A stretch of 64,000 nt of DNA from Eledone cirrhosa (Eukaryota): assembly GCA_964016885.1 (NCBI GenBank), contig OZ024741.1, forward strand, positions 81,840,001 through 81,904,000. Reading direction: 5' to 3'. Numbering within the stretch: position 1 is the first letter of the stretch; each line of letters starts with the position of its first letter. The notes beneath the pieces were generated by a model that was not told the origin of the DNA, searched no databases, and worked only from the letters and a program-made list of their open reading frames with translations. A program made the position numbers and the translations under genes. Below, piece by piece: positions 12,159 to 26,195 of this stretch.

Positions 12159-12854
12159 ATCATGCAATATATATATATTTAAACATCTGTTTTCCCTGCT
12201 AGCAATATACATATATATACATTCACACATACATATAAAGAACCCTTTTGGTCACGAATGATCAAGGTATTTGCACCTAGAAAGCTCCCCTCAGAGGCAA
12301 ATGTCCGGCCATTTTTCATTCACATATATTTTCCCTACGTTGTGGTTCGTATTTTTTCTATTACCCTACTGCTTTCCTCTTTCTCTCTCTCCCCCTTACC
12401 TCTTACTTTCCTCCATCCCTGCTGCTGGTCACACACTCTCAGCTGGCCCCTTCCTCATACTTTCACTCACTCACTCTCGGCTACTCCTCCTCTCTCACTT
12501 CCTCCCGTCTGACCTGCGTTAATTATTTCCTCTCTCAATTTTTTCGTGGCTCGGACGCGTCTATTTCTTCTCGTCATTTGATTTGTCGGACTTAAGCCCA
12601 CAAGATTCATTGACTTGTCTCTGTTTTTCATCTCTTTACGTTGCCTTACTACCATGTTGTTTGTTTACTTTCCTCTGTCCCGATAACTTAATTTAGTTAT
12701 CGCTCGCACTCATTTTAGGTATCTAGTCTTTAATGCGAAGAAATACCAATGAGAATCAGCAGACTACTGATGAGGGACTTTTCTGGGTCTATTTTTATTC
12801 ATATGTTCATATTCGCAACAACGCAGCACGCCATGTTTCATTTATATATATAGT

Positions 12855-12898
12855 AATAATTAATGTGAAGACTTAAATCCGGAGAGCGCTCGATAAGG

Positions 12899-12981
<83 letters not shown>

Positions 12982-13135
12982 AAAAAAACCTGCAGAGCAA
13001 ATATTTATTATATGTACAGATTAAAATAAAGAATCGATGCTTTTGCCCTATTCCGGGAACTCCTGAGTTTCACAAGATCCGGTAAATAGGTGAAAGCAGC
13101 GATCCTAGCTTAAAATTTAATTTGTAAATATAATA
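12855..13135. mobile_element. Mini fold-back of the PLE-4 terminus with decayed HHR-like motif (13066-13116)
   Basis: Both arms are homologous to 63290-63445; agttt-CACAAGA-tcc..ggt-GAAA-gc..gc-TT-aaaatt. Confidence 0.7.
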
Positions 13136-13154
13136 TAATATATATATATATCTA

Positions 13155-13202
<48 letters not shown>

Positions 13203-13387
13203 ATCATCATCATCATCATCATCATCATCATTATCTAACAACTACTTTCCCTGTTAGCAAAGGTTGGACGGTTATATATATAAAGAGAGCGATATATCAT
13301 TAATATTAACATTATTTAACTCTTAAGAAAACTGTTTCTCTCATTTGCCTATGTTAAAGAGGTAAGCAAGGCTTTCTTTATAAGAGA

Positions 13388-14302
13388 CTAGCAGTGGTAC
13401 CCGGCGTTGCACGGGTTAAGGTATTTTGGAACGCGGGCCGCCAACAGACCTAATCATGGAAAAACTGCTTGCCTGGACAATATGTAAAGAAAATAAACCG
13501 AATACTCTGATGGCTGGATAATCTTTAAGATTTTCCTCGATGAAGGAGGAAAAATGCAGGTTTTCACCTAATGCGGGCCCTAAGGGATCAAGAAAATAAT
13601 TTTTTTTTATGTTCGTAATATGCCTTGAAATTTCGGGAAAATCGGCTGAACGTAACGTCTCCAAATAGCCCTAAAAAGCTGAAAAAAATGAAGATTTTCA
13701 CCCAATGCGGGCCCTAGGACATAAACAAGTTGGATTTTCTTTGCTCACGGTATGAAGAAGAGACTGACTAATACATAGTTACAATTTCAAGGAAATCAGT
13801 CTGACGTAATGCCTAAAAAAACCCCACAAAAAGCTTAAAATACGCAGTTTTTCACCTTATGCAAGCCCTAGGAGATCGATTATTTTATGTGCATAACACT
13901 CACTGAAACATAAGTAATACACATGTAAAGTTTGAAAAAAATTGGATGGGTACTTCTCGAGTTTTAGGGATTCAAACTCACAAACACACACACACACACA
14001 TACACACACACAGACATCCTCAGGGAAATGACGTAATGCAGACAGATATTATAAGGGCGCGCCGTTATATGTATGTATCTATCTCAAAATAGAAAGACTA
14101 AGAATTATAGAGAGAGAGATCGCTAAATCGCCTAATGCGGTCCCTAGGGCATTGACAATTTGAAATTCTTTTTGCTCAGAACACTATTTGAAACATAAAT
14201 ATTACATGTGTAAAGCTTGAAAACAGTCGGTTGGGTGCTTCTCAAGTTTTAGGGATTCAAACTCACACGCCCACACAGACATCCTCTGTTTTATATATAT
14301 AT
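13388..14302 (-). mobile_element. Non-autonomous Helitron H1, second copy
   Basis: Colinear with 2163-3078; a|ctagcagtggtacccggcgttgcacggg end; 5' TC not seen. Confidence 0.75.
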
Positions 14303-14445
14303 ATAATGGCATATTTTGAAGCATTTAAAACGTTTCATTACCATATTTCTAATGAAAGACACTGACAATGATTCTCAAATAATTTTGAAATAATGAATAA
14401 CATGGAGAGATTTAGCAATTATTATTCCTATTATTAAACTCGTTA

Positions 14446-14661
14446 AGGGCGGTGGATTGGCAGTATTGGTAGAGGGACGGGCGCCATGCCTTGACGCATA
14501 GAATTGCGGCCCTTCATGATCTGAGTTCAAATCACGCCGAGGTTAAGTTTGCCTTTCACCCTTACGGGATCGATAAAATAAAGTATCAGTCACGCACTTG
14601 GGTCGATTTAATCGACTTACTCCTCCCCCAATATTGCTGGCCTATATAAGCAACCATTATT
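14446..14661 (+). mobile_element. tRNA-derived SINE family A (Nin/Deu-like core)
   Basis: A-box tggcagtattgg, B-box gagttcaaatc, core tttgcctttcacccttacgggatcgataaaata, att tail. Confidence 0.85.
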
Positions 14662-14976
14662 AAACTGGCCTGTGGAACATAGCTTAACGTCTTACACAAA
14701 ATGTTGATGGATGATTTTACATACATTTAACACTTTAAAATAGTCTAATATTATAGAACCGGAGATGGTTTGCAATCGTTTGGTATCGAAAGTGTAAAGA
14801 GGTGGAATCGGTATATAACTACTCCGTATGGTGTTAATTTCAGATTGATGGAAAATTGACCTCAGTACATATGGAACTCAAATCAATGCTATTATAAATG
14901 AAATGACACAAAGCAGAGGAATTGTGAACCTCTGGCACTTCTAATGTCTCACCATTCTTTCTCTCTCTCTTCCACA

Positions 14977-15084
<108 letters not shown>

Positions 15085-15214
15085 GTAAATAGGGAGACAC
15101 AAAGTAGGCTATATATATATATATGTATGCATATATTTGTATGTATACACACACACACACACACGCATATATATATATACAAAAGTATGTAAACATATAT
15201 ATGTATGTATATAT

Positions 15215-15304
<90 letters not shown>

Positions 15305-15874
15305 ACACATTTGTATATATATGTGTATGTATATATATATATACACACATATATATATATATATGCATGCATATATACATATATATTTGTAATGCCAGTG
15401 GACTGAAACTATTTTCCATTTTAATAACACCTTAATATAGTTATTTCTGATTGCAAACAGGAAAATGATTCGCCATTCTATATAAACACTGCCTGGCAGG
15501 TATTGGAATACATGAATATTCGTTTCGTTTCAGCCCTATTCCTTTTTAATTAGCTGTTTATATTAATTTGCATAATAATTCTCTACAAATTGATTTCATT
15601 TTCAAAATATATCTCTTTCGTGAAGTTGCATAATTTGCGAGTGCCAGAAGCGGAATAAATAAATTGTTATGATTAATTTACGAATATGAATTTGCACATT
15701 TTTAAAAATGCTACACTCTATACAAACATTTCCTAGTGTAAATACGAATACCAGTCGCTGTGTTTGAGGCATTAAAGAAGATCTAAATGTTTAGGTCTTC
15801 ATTCATATTTTACTTGGAAGTTAGAGTTGATGGAGGAGATTTAACTAAGATATATATATATATATATACACACA

Positions 15875-15926
<52 letters not shown>

Positions 15927-16694
15927 CACACACACACACACACACACACAGACACACATATATCTGTTAGACACGCAGTGGCTAACAACAGAATGTTTTA
16001 ATTCTGCGTGTCTGACATATGTGCGTAGCTTGTGAACAAAAATTCAAGGGATGTCGCTGGCCGTGGTGATGATCGCTGCCAAACATGTTTTGTAATGTAT
16101 CGTCTTATTGGCTAATTTCATCGTCTTATTGGCTAATCAACCAACGAGAGTAATTGTTGCTCAAAAGCATCCGCCATTTTGTTTGCGCGTTTATTTATCG
16201 CTTCGCTTTCGAATCTTCCTCCTGTATTTCGTCTTTTTTCATCAAAATATTTTTCTCGTTTTGGTAAGTTATATTGTTAATTTATATATGATTTTTTAAA
16301 TTTATATTAACTATTTTGTTTTCAGTTCGTTATAACATGCTTATTATATTGGTTGTATCATATTTACTTGTATATTTGTTCATATTATTGTTCGTTTTAT
16401 GTTAGATTATTTTTTTCATTATTATGTTAGATTATTTGTATGTAATATTTAATTTTTATTAATTCAACTATAACAATTATTATGTAAAATATATTTATTT
16501 AATATTGATTGTTTTTTTGTAGTTGTTTATATTAAAAGTCTGAAAATATTTTTATACATCTTACAATGATATTTATAAGATCATTTATAAAATAACAATT
16601 ATATAATCTAATTACATTACAACGATAATTCATTATTAATATATATCATGTTTAACTAGAGTTATTACAAGCGTTGCCTTAAAAAAATATTAAA

Positions 16695-17133
16695 CTAGAC
16701 CTGAAAAATGCGCAAGCTCAAAAGAGTCACAGAATGTTGTAATAAACCTTCAAAAGTGTGGGACTAGAGTTGTTGCTAAAAAATATTGTAATCATTATCT
16801 ATCGTACACTCTGTGGCATCCTTTTATAAAAAAGAGACTCATAACGAACTCAAGACGACACGATTATTATTTAAGTGAATTTATAATACAGAATTCGGTT
16901 TAAGTGCATTTCGTATTAATCATTACTAAACATCTAATATGCTAACATTAGCTTAAATAATTATCGTGTCATCTTGAGTTCGTTATGAGTCTTTTTTTTA
17001 TAAAAGAATACCACAGAGTGTACGATAGATAATGATTACAATATTTTAAAGCCACAACTCTAGTCCCACACTTTTGAAGGTTTATTATAACATTCTGTGG
17101 CTCTTTTGAGCTTGCGCATTTTTCAGGTCTAGT
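16695..17133. repeat. ~180-bp-arm inverted repeat with Helitron-like CTAG ends facing outward
   Basis: actagacctgaaaaatgcgcaagctc... / ...gagcttgcgcatttttcaggtctagt; about 75-bp spacer. Confidence 0.85.
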
Positions 17134-17145
17134 ATATATATATAT

Positions 17146-17492
17146 ATCAATGATATTAATAAATGGTAACTATATTTCTAAAACCATATTTATTCTATTA
17201 TATATATTTCAAGGATACCAAAACTTTGGTACGCCCTCATCAGATAAAATACAAAGTGTGCTTTATAAATATTGACATATCCATGAATGAGATCTTAACG
17301 GTTCAAGTTTTACTTGGATAGTCTACTATCAAGTTTTACCTTGAAATACCTACAATAGAATAAATATGGTTTTATAAATATAGTTTCCATTTATTAATAT
17401 CATTGATATTATACTCCAGAAAAATTTCTGTCGCGTGCTTCGAATCTGTTATAAATATTTGTTGCATTACCAACAAATTAAATATCCCTTTG

Positions 17493-17495
<3 letters not shown>
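17146..17495. mobile_element. Mini PLE-type fold-back element between (TA)n tracts
   Basis: 17146-17215 inverted to 17339-17409; right arm extends about 85 nt further. Confidence 0.7.
17191..17251 (-). ncRNA. Type I hammerhead ribozyme (CUGAUGA), palindromic stem III
   Basis: Reverse complement tattttat-CTGATGA-gggcgtaccaaagttttggtatcctt-GAAA-tatata-TA-atagaata. Confidence 0.8.
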
Positions 17496-17531
<36 letters not shown>

Positions 17532-17543
17532 TATATAATATAT

Positions 17544-17631
<88 letters not shown>

Positions 17632-17866
17632 TGTAATAAACAACATAAGGCAATTATTCCATTTACCAGTGGTTTCTTAAAAGCAAAGATTTTGCTTTCA
17701 ATCCTCAGAATGAAAAAATCCTGGTCTGTTTATTGAATTTGGATTTTAAAAACAAAAATGCAATCTATATGAAAGTGAGGCTGGAGAAGGAAGAAGGAAA
17801 GGAAAAATATAATAAAACTACACATGCAAACACACACACAAAAACACGCACACTCACACACAAAAG

Positions 17867-17968
<102 letters not shown>

Positions 17969-17981
17969 TATATACATATAC

Positions 17982-18621
17982 ATGGTGGCTGCCAACTCGT
18001 TTTCGAGTACGGCCACTACTTTACATCCATGTAGGATAACCCCTACCGAAGCGCTGAACGAGTGTGACTTTTTAGTCCAGCCAGCGACTTGAAACCTCTG
18101 GTACAAACACTACACCTGTGACAATTATTGACACATAGTGCTAGGCCCTGGTAGGACAATTATTGACACATAGTGCTGGGCCCATGTGAGGACAAGTGCA
18201 GAGAGATCTCCAGATATAAAGCAATGCCTGTGCCGTGAAGCTTTTATAGTGAGCAAAGGCACTGCACAAAGCCAGTCCCACTCTCTTAACCAAGATGCTA
18301 TTTACCAAAAAGAAGAACAAGTCAACATCATTGGATACCATCAGGGTTGCAGGTGTTATATCAGAGTTTTCCTTCTCCTAGAATTCTGCCTTGACTAAGG
18401 CTAAAGGGGTCATCTCTCCCGGTGATTTTGGATGGCCATTGACTCTTAAGAGCTCCTTTGCCCTTTGACAGGTTTTGTTTTTAGTCCTGCAGGATGTCCA
18501 AAGTCACCCTCCTCACCAAGAAACCTTGGTGGGGTTGCCAGTTTAGTCGCCAACGACCCGACCATGAGACAGGTTGTACTGGGATACATGTTACCAGTAG
18601 CACCAACTGGTGACCTGACAT
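17982..18621 (-). mobile_element. ~600-bp RTE-related retroposon, copy 2
   Basis: Near-identical to 9000-9590, with a small internal duplication at 18120-18180. Confidence 0.7.
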
Positions 18622-18666
18622 ATGTTTGTGTATGTGTATGCTTGTACACACATATATATATATGTT

Positions 18667-18710
<44 letters not shown>

Positions 18711-19303
18711 AACATATATATATATGTGTGTACAAGCATACACATACACAAACATAGCCATACACACATACATATACATACATACATACATGCACACAAT
18801 CATACATATATACACATGTACATACATACACATACATAAATGCACTCCTCTACATATTCACACACGCAAATAAATATAAGAAAAATAATATATATATAAA
18901 AAAGTTTTTGACACGATACAAACTGCAGGTAACTGGACAGACACGCGTGGTAAGTAATACACACAAATGCACGTATACATACGTACGAAATAGTAAATAC
19001 ATACACACACTCTCACACATAAATATACATATACAAATACATAAACACATACATACACATACACAAATACATGCACAGACACGCACACGCACACGTATAC
19101 AATTATACACACACATATACACACACATATGTATATGTAATTATATACACACATATATATATATATATATATATACATAAATATAAAAATACACACACAC
19201 ACATATATGTATACATACACACACACATATACATACATAGCTATACAATTATACACATACAAATACGTACATATCATAAACACGCACAACCAAATACAAA
19301 CAC

Positions 19304-19343
<40 letters not shown>

Positions 19344-19500
19344 ATACACATAATACACACACATATACATGTGTGTGTGTGTGTGTGTAAAACTCAGTCT
19401 TAGATAATTCATATGAACCTTACATATATATAGTAGTAAGGTAATAAAGTAATAAGCAACATAAAGCAATTATTCCATTCACATATATATATATATATAT

Positions 19501-19680
19501 ATAGGAAAAGAGTCAGGACCCCGTTTCGACAGCTAGTTTATAACTAGCTGTCGAAATGGCCGGAGGTCGGAGCTCAGCCGTCGAGGTCCTGACTTTTTTC
19601 CTATTACCCACTCTACTACCCTAAATATCGAGTACTCTGGTGCGTTATGGTCCATCTGGTTCATTACCACACTTCCTTCG

Positions 19681-19682
<2 letters not shown>
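19501..19682 (+). mobile_element. Mini fold-back of a PLE-3-like terminus
   Basis: ataggaaaagagtcaggacc...ggtcctgacttttttcctat plus an 80-nt tail shared with the reverse complement of 33298-33380. Confidence 0.75.
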
Positions 19683-19741
<59 letters not shown>

Positions 19742-19827
19742 GGAGGTGAGTTTTATTGTAGTACAATAAAGCAATGCAGATATCGGATAAGAAGCACTCT
19801 ACAGTTTGTGGGACTGGAGTATGCATA

Positions 19828-19923
<96 letters not shown>

Positions 19924-20165
19924 AAGTGAGAAAGAGAGTGAGAGAGAGAGAGAGAAAGTGAGAACGAGAGAAGGCGGAAAGAATTAGAGACAGACACCCG
20001 CACACACACATATATATATAGAAAATGTGAGATAGAGAGTGAGTGAGTAAGAGAGAGAGTAAGTGAGTAAGAGAGAGAGAGAAAGAGATGGAGAGCGATA
20101 GAGTTAGAGAGAGAGAGACTTGTTTGCTACATTAACAGTTTCGTTACTGTATTATCTACGAATAA

Positions 20166-20387
20166 AGTGGCGGATTGGCAGTATTGGTAGAGCGTCGGAC
20201 ACTATGCTTTGCGGCATAGAGATATGGCCCTTTATGTTCTGAGCTCAAATCCCGCCGAGGTTCGCGTTGCCTTTACTCCTTACGGTGTTGATAAAATAAA
20301 GCATCAATAATGCACTGGGATCGATTTAATCGACATTCTCCGCCATCTAAATTTGCTGGCCTTGTGCCTAAAGTAGAAACAATTATT
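20166..20387 (+). mobile_element. tRNA-derived SINE family A
   Basis: Same head, core and tail as 14446 and 58855. Confidence 0.85.
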
Positions 20388-21004
20388 GACGATAAAGCGC
20401 TGACTATAATCTTCAAAGAATTTTGACGAATTTAGAAATATAATGAAAATTGAATTGTTTTTAAAAGGTTTAGGGTTTCTTTTTGGTGCTTATGTTTGGA
20501 ATTTGGAGTTGATGGCAAGGATGTAATCGAAAGAGTGAGAGTGAGAAAAGGAAAGAGAGAGAATAGAAAGAAAGAGAAAAAGAGAGACAGATACAGAGAG
20601 GGAGAGAGAGAAAGAGAGAGAGAGACAGTGACAGAGAGAGAGAGAGAAAGTGAGAAAGAGAGAGCATTCTGATGTTATCTAATTTTTAAAATGGCAAGCA
20701 GTCCATAATATTCAAATTATTTTGAAAATAATCAACAATTTAGTAGAATTTTGAAATATATAACCAACCGGTGTTTAGAACATTACTTTAAAATGGTGTT
20801 TATTTGAGAGACAGAGGGTTTGGAATAGATAAAACAGAAAGGCAGTACGAAATTAGCTTTGAGCAAATATATATATACCATTAGAAGGGAGAGAGAGAGG
20901 GGGGGGGGGGAGAGAGAGAGGTGGAAACAGTGATAGAGAGAGAGGTGGAATCAGTAATAGAGACAGATTACGTGTGCAAACACTCACATACACACACACA
21001 TATA

Positions 21005-21912
21005 TTGGGTTAGCCAAAACGTCCATTGCGTTTCCTTAGTGAAAATAAGACACACCTTTAAACGCAAAGCAATTTATTCAATCAATGATACATTTATCAT
21101 TTCGTTCCAGTAGCTTCCACCATCTTTTCGGTAGATCCATTATTCCTTGTTCAAATAATTTCCAATCTTTATTGGCGAAGAAACCTTCTAAATAAATTTT
21201 CATATCTTCTGAAGAAGTTCTGAACAGTTCCAGCTGTTCACAGTACAGAGTCCTGCTTTGGAGGTTGTTTGTGTTGTTCTTGGCGCTTCCCCAGATCCTT
21301 ATAGACGATCCATTTTTCGTTTCCAGGTACTATTTCCATCACCTTTAAGCAATGAAACGCAGATAGAAATCCATTGGGTGAGGTTTGATTGATTCAATTC
21401 ATGGGAAACCCAAACATCGAGCCTGCTGACGTAACCAAGTTTATACAGATAGTTTTCAACACTTTGGATATCTGGAGAATATCTGCAATCTCCCTTGTTG
21501 TAAGACGGGAGTTGGTCGCTGTTAACCGCAGTTGGCCGTCCAAAGCGAGGTGCATCTTGAATCGAAACATTTCCCGATCGAAATCTTGCAAACCACTTCT
21601 GTCATACACGTCCTACAACAGCATCCTCTCCTTACACAGCGTACATGTTCCTGCGAATTTCTGACCATTTCTTACCCTTTTTTAAACAAAAAAGCATGAT
21701 GTGTCGATAATGTTCTTTTTAGCTCTCCAGTCTGAGGGTTAAGATAAACGCACAAAATCAAACCAATCTCGTCAGATGTTTGCTACAAACTACTTTGAAG
21801 TATCAAGTATCTAACGGGTGCATACGCGGAAGGAAACGTGTAACGTTAGCAGCTAGGAGAGCGTTAGAAGTTTAGTATTGGCAAAAGCCGAACGAACGTT
21901 TTGGCCAACTCT
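21005..21912 (-). mobile_element. Mariner (Tc1/mariner) relic, internally deleted
   Basis: Degenerate TIRs ttgggttagccaaaacgt / acgttttggccaactc flanked by TA; minus-strand remnants EHYRHIMLF, LTTREIADILQIS, PGNEKWIVY, GIMDLPKRW. Confidence 0.85.
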
Positions 21913-21944
21913 ATATAGAGTGAGATAGAGAGTGGGAAAGGAAG

Positions 21945-21977
<33 letters not shown>

Positions 21978-22395
21978 AATAGAGGCCCATGAACTTAAGA
22001 AGCAAACACAAACCATAATACTACAATAAACCCCACCCTACCAAGGTTATTTGGTTGTTATATCTTGTAAGTTGAGGTTTCGTTTTGGGATCGTTGTTAG
22101 GAAAAATTATTCTATATGTGGAAAATCCACTTCTAAATTATTACATAATTATCCTTGAACAGAAATGGAACTGGTTTTCTTTGTCATTCAGACAAACTAG
22201 TTCAAACGCAACCAAGAGCTTTTACTCAGTCTCAATCACAACACAACGACTGGATGTAAGAATAACATTAAATTACGGTCGTCACTCACAATCGATATTG
22301 CATATATAGCATATGGTGTATTTATGTGCTTATTTAGTTGCAAGTAAACACAGACACCCACTCGAACCTCTTTATCGTCATCCAGCAGAAAATCT

Positions 22396-22489
<94 letters not shown>

Positions 22490-23555
22490 GGCGGTACATA
22501 AGCACTGGAATGGCACTTTTTATTAACCTTCAAAAGGATAAAATGCATATCATCAGACCTCAGCGGAATAGGACATAAAGCATAAAGAACCAAAACATAT
22601 ATCGCAATACCTTTTATTGAACATCCTATCGATCCTGCCAATTACGATTTAAATAAGATTTAAACTCTTGAGATCATACCTTCAGTAGTCAAGCACTTAA
22701 AAAACTCTCATAACCTTTGTGCTTTTATTCCTATGAAAATATGGGGACCGTCACTCGCAATCGAGTTTGGCTTATTATGATGGTTTTGACTTATTACGAT
22801 AGCTTTATGTCCCGAGATAGTCTCGAGAAGACACGAACACCTCGATTCTCTCACCCACAACCTGTAAAGAATATCCAATACGTGACACGTGACAATCTGA
22901 GGGATAGAAGTATTGCACCAGCAATAGACAAGTACTTTCTTTATCAATACTAAAAGGATGAAATGAAAAATAAACCTCAAATGAATTTAAAATCAGAGTG
23001 CAGACAATCGGATCGAAGGCTCTCCAAAATATATCAGTGCATTTAAAATAAGTAAAATTGAATTTTAAAATGCAAAGTAGACCTAGGTGGGATATGAACA
23101 CAAAACATAAAGAGCTGGAATAACTATCGAAGTGAAATTCATCTAGCATTCTAATGACTGACAAATCGATCGCTTTGTATAAGATTTAAACTCACAATTA
23201 TGTGGACAGCAGTCCACGTAAAATATTCTTACAATCCGTGCACGTAAACTTTTACGCATCACAAGAACAACAAAAAAACCATTATTTTATTGAATTTTTA
23301 TGTTTGATGAAAACTATAAAATATTTTCACAAAAGTTTTCCAATAATTCTTCTATAAGCGCCATTATTATGATCAGACTGTTCAAGACATGTCTAATTTC
23401 AAGCTTAAGAATTTAGAAAAGAAAATAAAATAAAATATACCCAGCAGCATTTTGCAATGGCGTGAAATCTTATTTCATGTTAAGATATAAAATTAAAATA
23501 GATATTCAGATACAATATTTTTTTTGTAATTTTCTGGAAGAATGAGGATCCATTC

Positions 23556-23603
<48 letters not shown>

Positions 23604-23798
23604 TATATAATGTTGTTGTTGTTGTTAGTACTTATGCAAAGGTCATTCAAGATGCTTGTAGTGAATGATTAAATGAAATATTATTTAACCTTTTCACCAC
23701 CACCTGCAGCTAAACAATAAAAGTATGGGAAACGTGCGGGAATCATGCAGTTTTCCATTAAAACACACACTCACACACACAGATACACACACACTATG

Positions 23799-23831
<33 letters not shown>

Positions 23832-24271
23832 ATATACACACACACACACACTATGTATATATATATATGTGAGTGTGTGTATATATACATACACACACAC
23901 TATGTATATATATATATGTGAGTGTGTGTATATATATACACACAAAGACACACACATGCACACACACCAACACACACACACAGATATATTTGGCTATTTC
24001 AAACAAGAGCAACACCAATAACTACAAAAAAAGTTATAAATCCCCAAACCAACATTTTGTATTTTTGTGTTTATTTAGTGCATGAGCATATTAAAGTGTT
24101 TTTTTGTTTTATTGTTATTTTTTTATCATTATTATTTTTGCGTGCGTGGCGATACTTAGTTTTATCTCAAGGCTGGAATTTGGTGATAAGCACATCAATC
24201 TAAAATTTTAAGCTTTTCTTTTTACGAAATTATACTGAATTAAGTGAAATAATATGGAGTATGATCACAGT

Positions 24272-24560
24272 ATGGCCGAATGGTTAAGAAGTTTGCTTCC
24301 TAACTATTAGTTATCTGGGTCGATTCCACTCCATGAAATATTGGAAAAGTGTAATTTATCATAACTTTAAGTTGACCCAATCCTTGAGAGTGAAATTGAA
24401 TAACCAGAAGTTACTCAATTTCACTCTCAAGGTATACTGTCGGATGAACCCTACCAGCATTAAAAGGGGAACCCTATCACACTTTGTATTCCACTGAATC
24501 TCCCCGAGAATTACGTTAAGGTTATACGTGCCTGTAGTATGATCAGTCACTTACACGTTA
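24272..24560 (+). mobile_element. tRNA-derived SINE (family B-related), degenerate
   Basis: tggccgaatggttaag A-box, ggtcgattcc B-box; ctgaatctccccgagaattac also seen at 27650 and 50881. Confidence 0.55.
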
Positions 24561-25211
24561 ATTTCAAATGAAGCATTGCTGAAAGGTTGAGAATTTGGCT
24601 TGGCTTTGTGCATTAAACTGTGTAGAAGGAAACAGTTTAACCCTATCCGTAAAATTGCCAAATCTATCACACATTGTAATACGCTGGATCCCCTTGAAAA
24701 GTACTTTGGGAGTACACATGTTTGTGGAATATACAGCCACTGGCATGTTAATTTCACAAACAAGCTTTTCCGTTGATCGAACCTTTGGAACACTCATCAT
24801 CGGTATCGACTGAGATTCAACATACAGCCACAGACACAGACACACAGTTATCATGCCCGTATCTACACAAGGAGATGTGTTTAGCATTAAACAATTATCG
24901 TATTCGTAAATTGGTCGCAAATTACATGAAAGACACATGTGTCTATGGAATGCTCAGCCGCTTACATGTTACATTTACGAGCATGTCGTTCTGTTCGCCG
25001 AGAAAATGTAACACACATAGTCCTCATGGAAATTCAATGTAATACGGAGTGTGATATAACTGACCTTTTGACTTACAAGTACAATTCATGTTTGCCAGCT
25101 GAGGGGACTGGAACAATGTAAAATAACGTATCATACTTAAGAACATAACCCACTGCCGGGAATCGAACACATCCATGTGGCTTCACACCAATCACTAGTA
25201 GATGAATATCA

Positions 25212-25253
<42 letters not shown>

Positions 25254-26130
25254 CAGCAGCAACATCAGCAGTAGCGTTTCAAATTTTATAGAATTAAAGC
25301 TATCCTGTTTTATAAATCTTTGTTGTATATTTTAACTTTAATTTTAGTTTATTTTAAGGAAGAAACTGAAAATAATATTGTCTAAAAAAAAAACACAACA
25401 ACAAAAAACAAACAAACAAATGCACAAAACAAAACCAACAAGACTAAAGAAAATGAATTAATTTTATTCTATAATATATAATACAATATAATTTAATACA
25501 TTTATTGATTGAAGTCAATTTAGTTGAACACAAGCTTTAACAAAATTTCCCCTCAGAATCCTTGATCAATCAATAGAAAATCTTAGTCAAGACATTGTTA
25601 CTAAGGAAAATGAAAGAAACAAAAAATGAAACAAAAGCAAAAAAAATAAAAAAATAAAAATGAACAATAAAAACAAAAAATAAAATGTAAAAATATATAT
25701 AAAAAAAAAAAATAAATATAGATAAAAATGAAAATGAAAAATGCAATGAAAATATATTTCAAAGCGTATTTCTTTTCAAGCTAAATTCTTCAGACAAAAT
25801 ATTTCAATTCAAAATTACATATCAGACTTCTTAGCGTAGTATAATGCATAAAATAAAATTAACATATCTGACAAATTCCATATTATGCAATATATATATA
25901 CATATATATTGTGTGTGTGTTTGTGTGTTCATATATATATACATATATGAACACACAAACACACACACATTTATATATATACGTATGTATATATATATAT
26001 ATATATGTATATATGACCATACATACATGCACACACACACATATATATAATTATATATATATATATATATATATACGTATATATACAAACACATGTGCAC
26101 ATAAACACACCTACACACACATGTGTATAT

Positions 26131-26195
<65 letters not shown>

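Noticed and set aside
12761-12800. CTGATGA followed by ggga as an HHR
   Set aside because: No GAAA, stem III or stem I partner downstream; at most a truncated remnant.
14446-14540. tRNA genes at A/B-box motifs here and at similar sites
   Set aside because: They are SINE heads continuing into shared core and tail sequence; no full cloverleaf.
22490-23270. Apparently unique block with several short ORFs
   Set aside because: No recognisable domain or convincing splice pair; could be UTR or regulatory DNA but this is unsupported.
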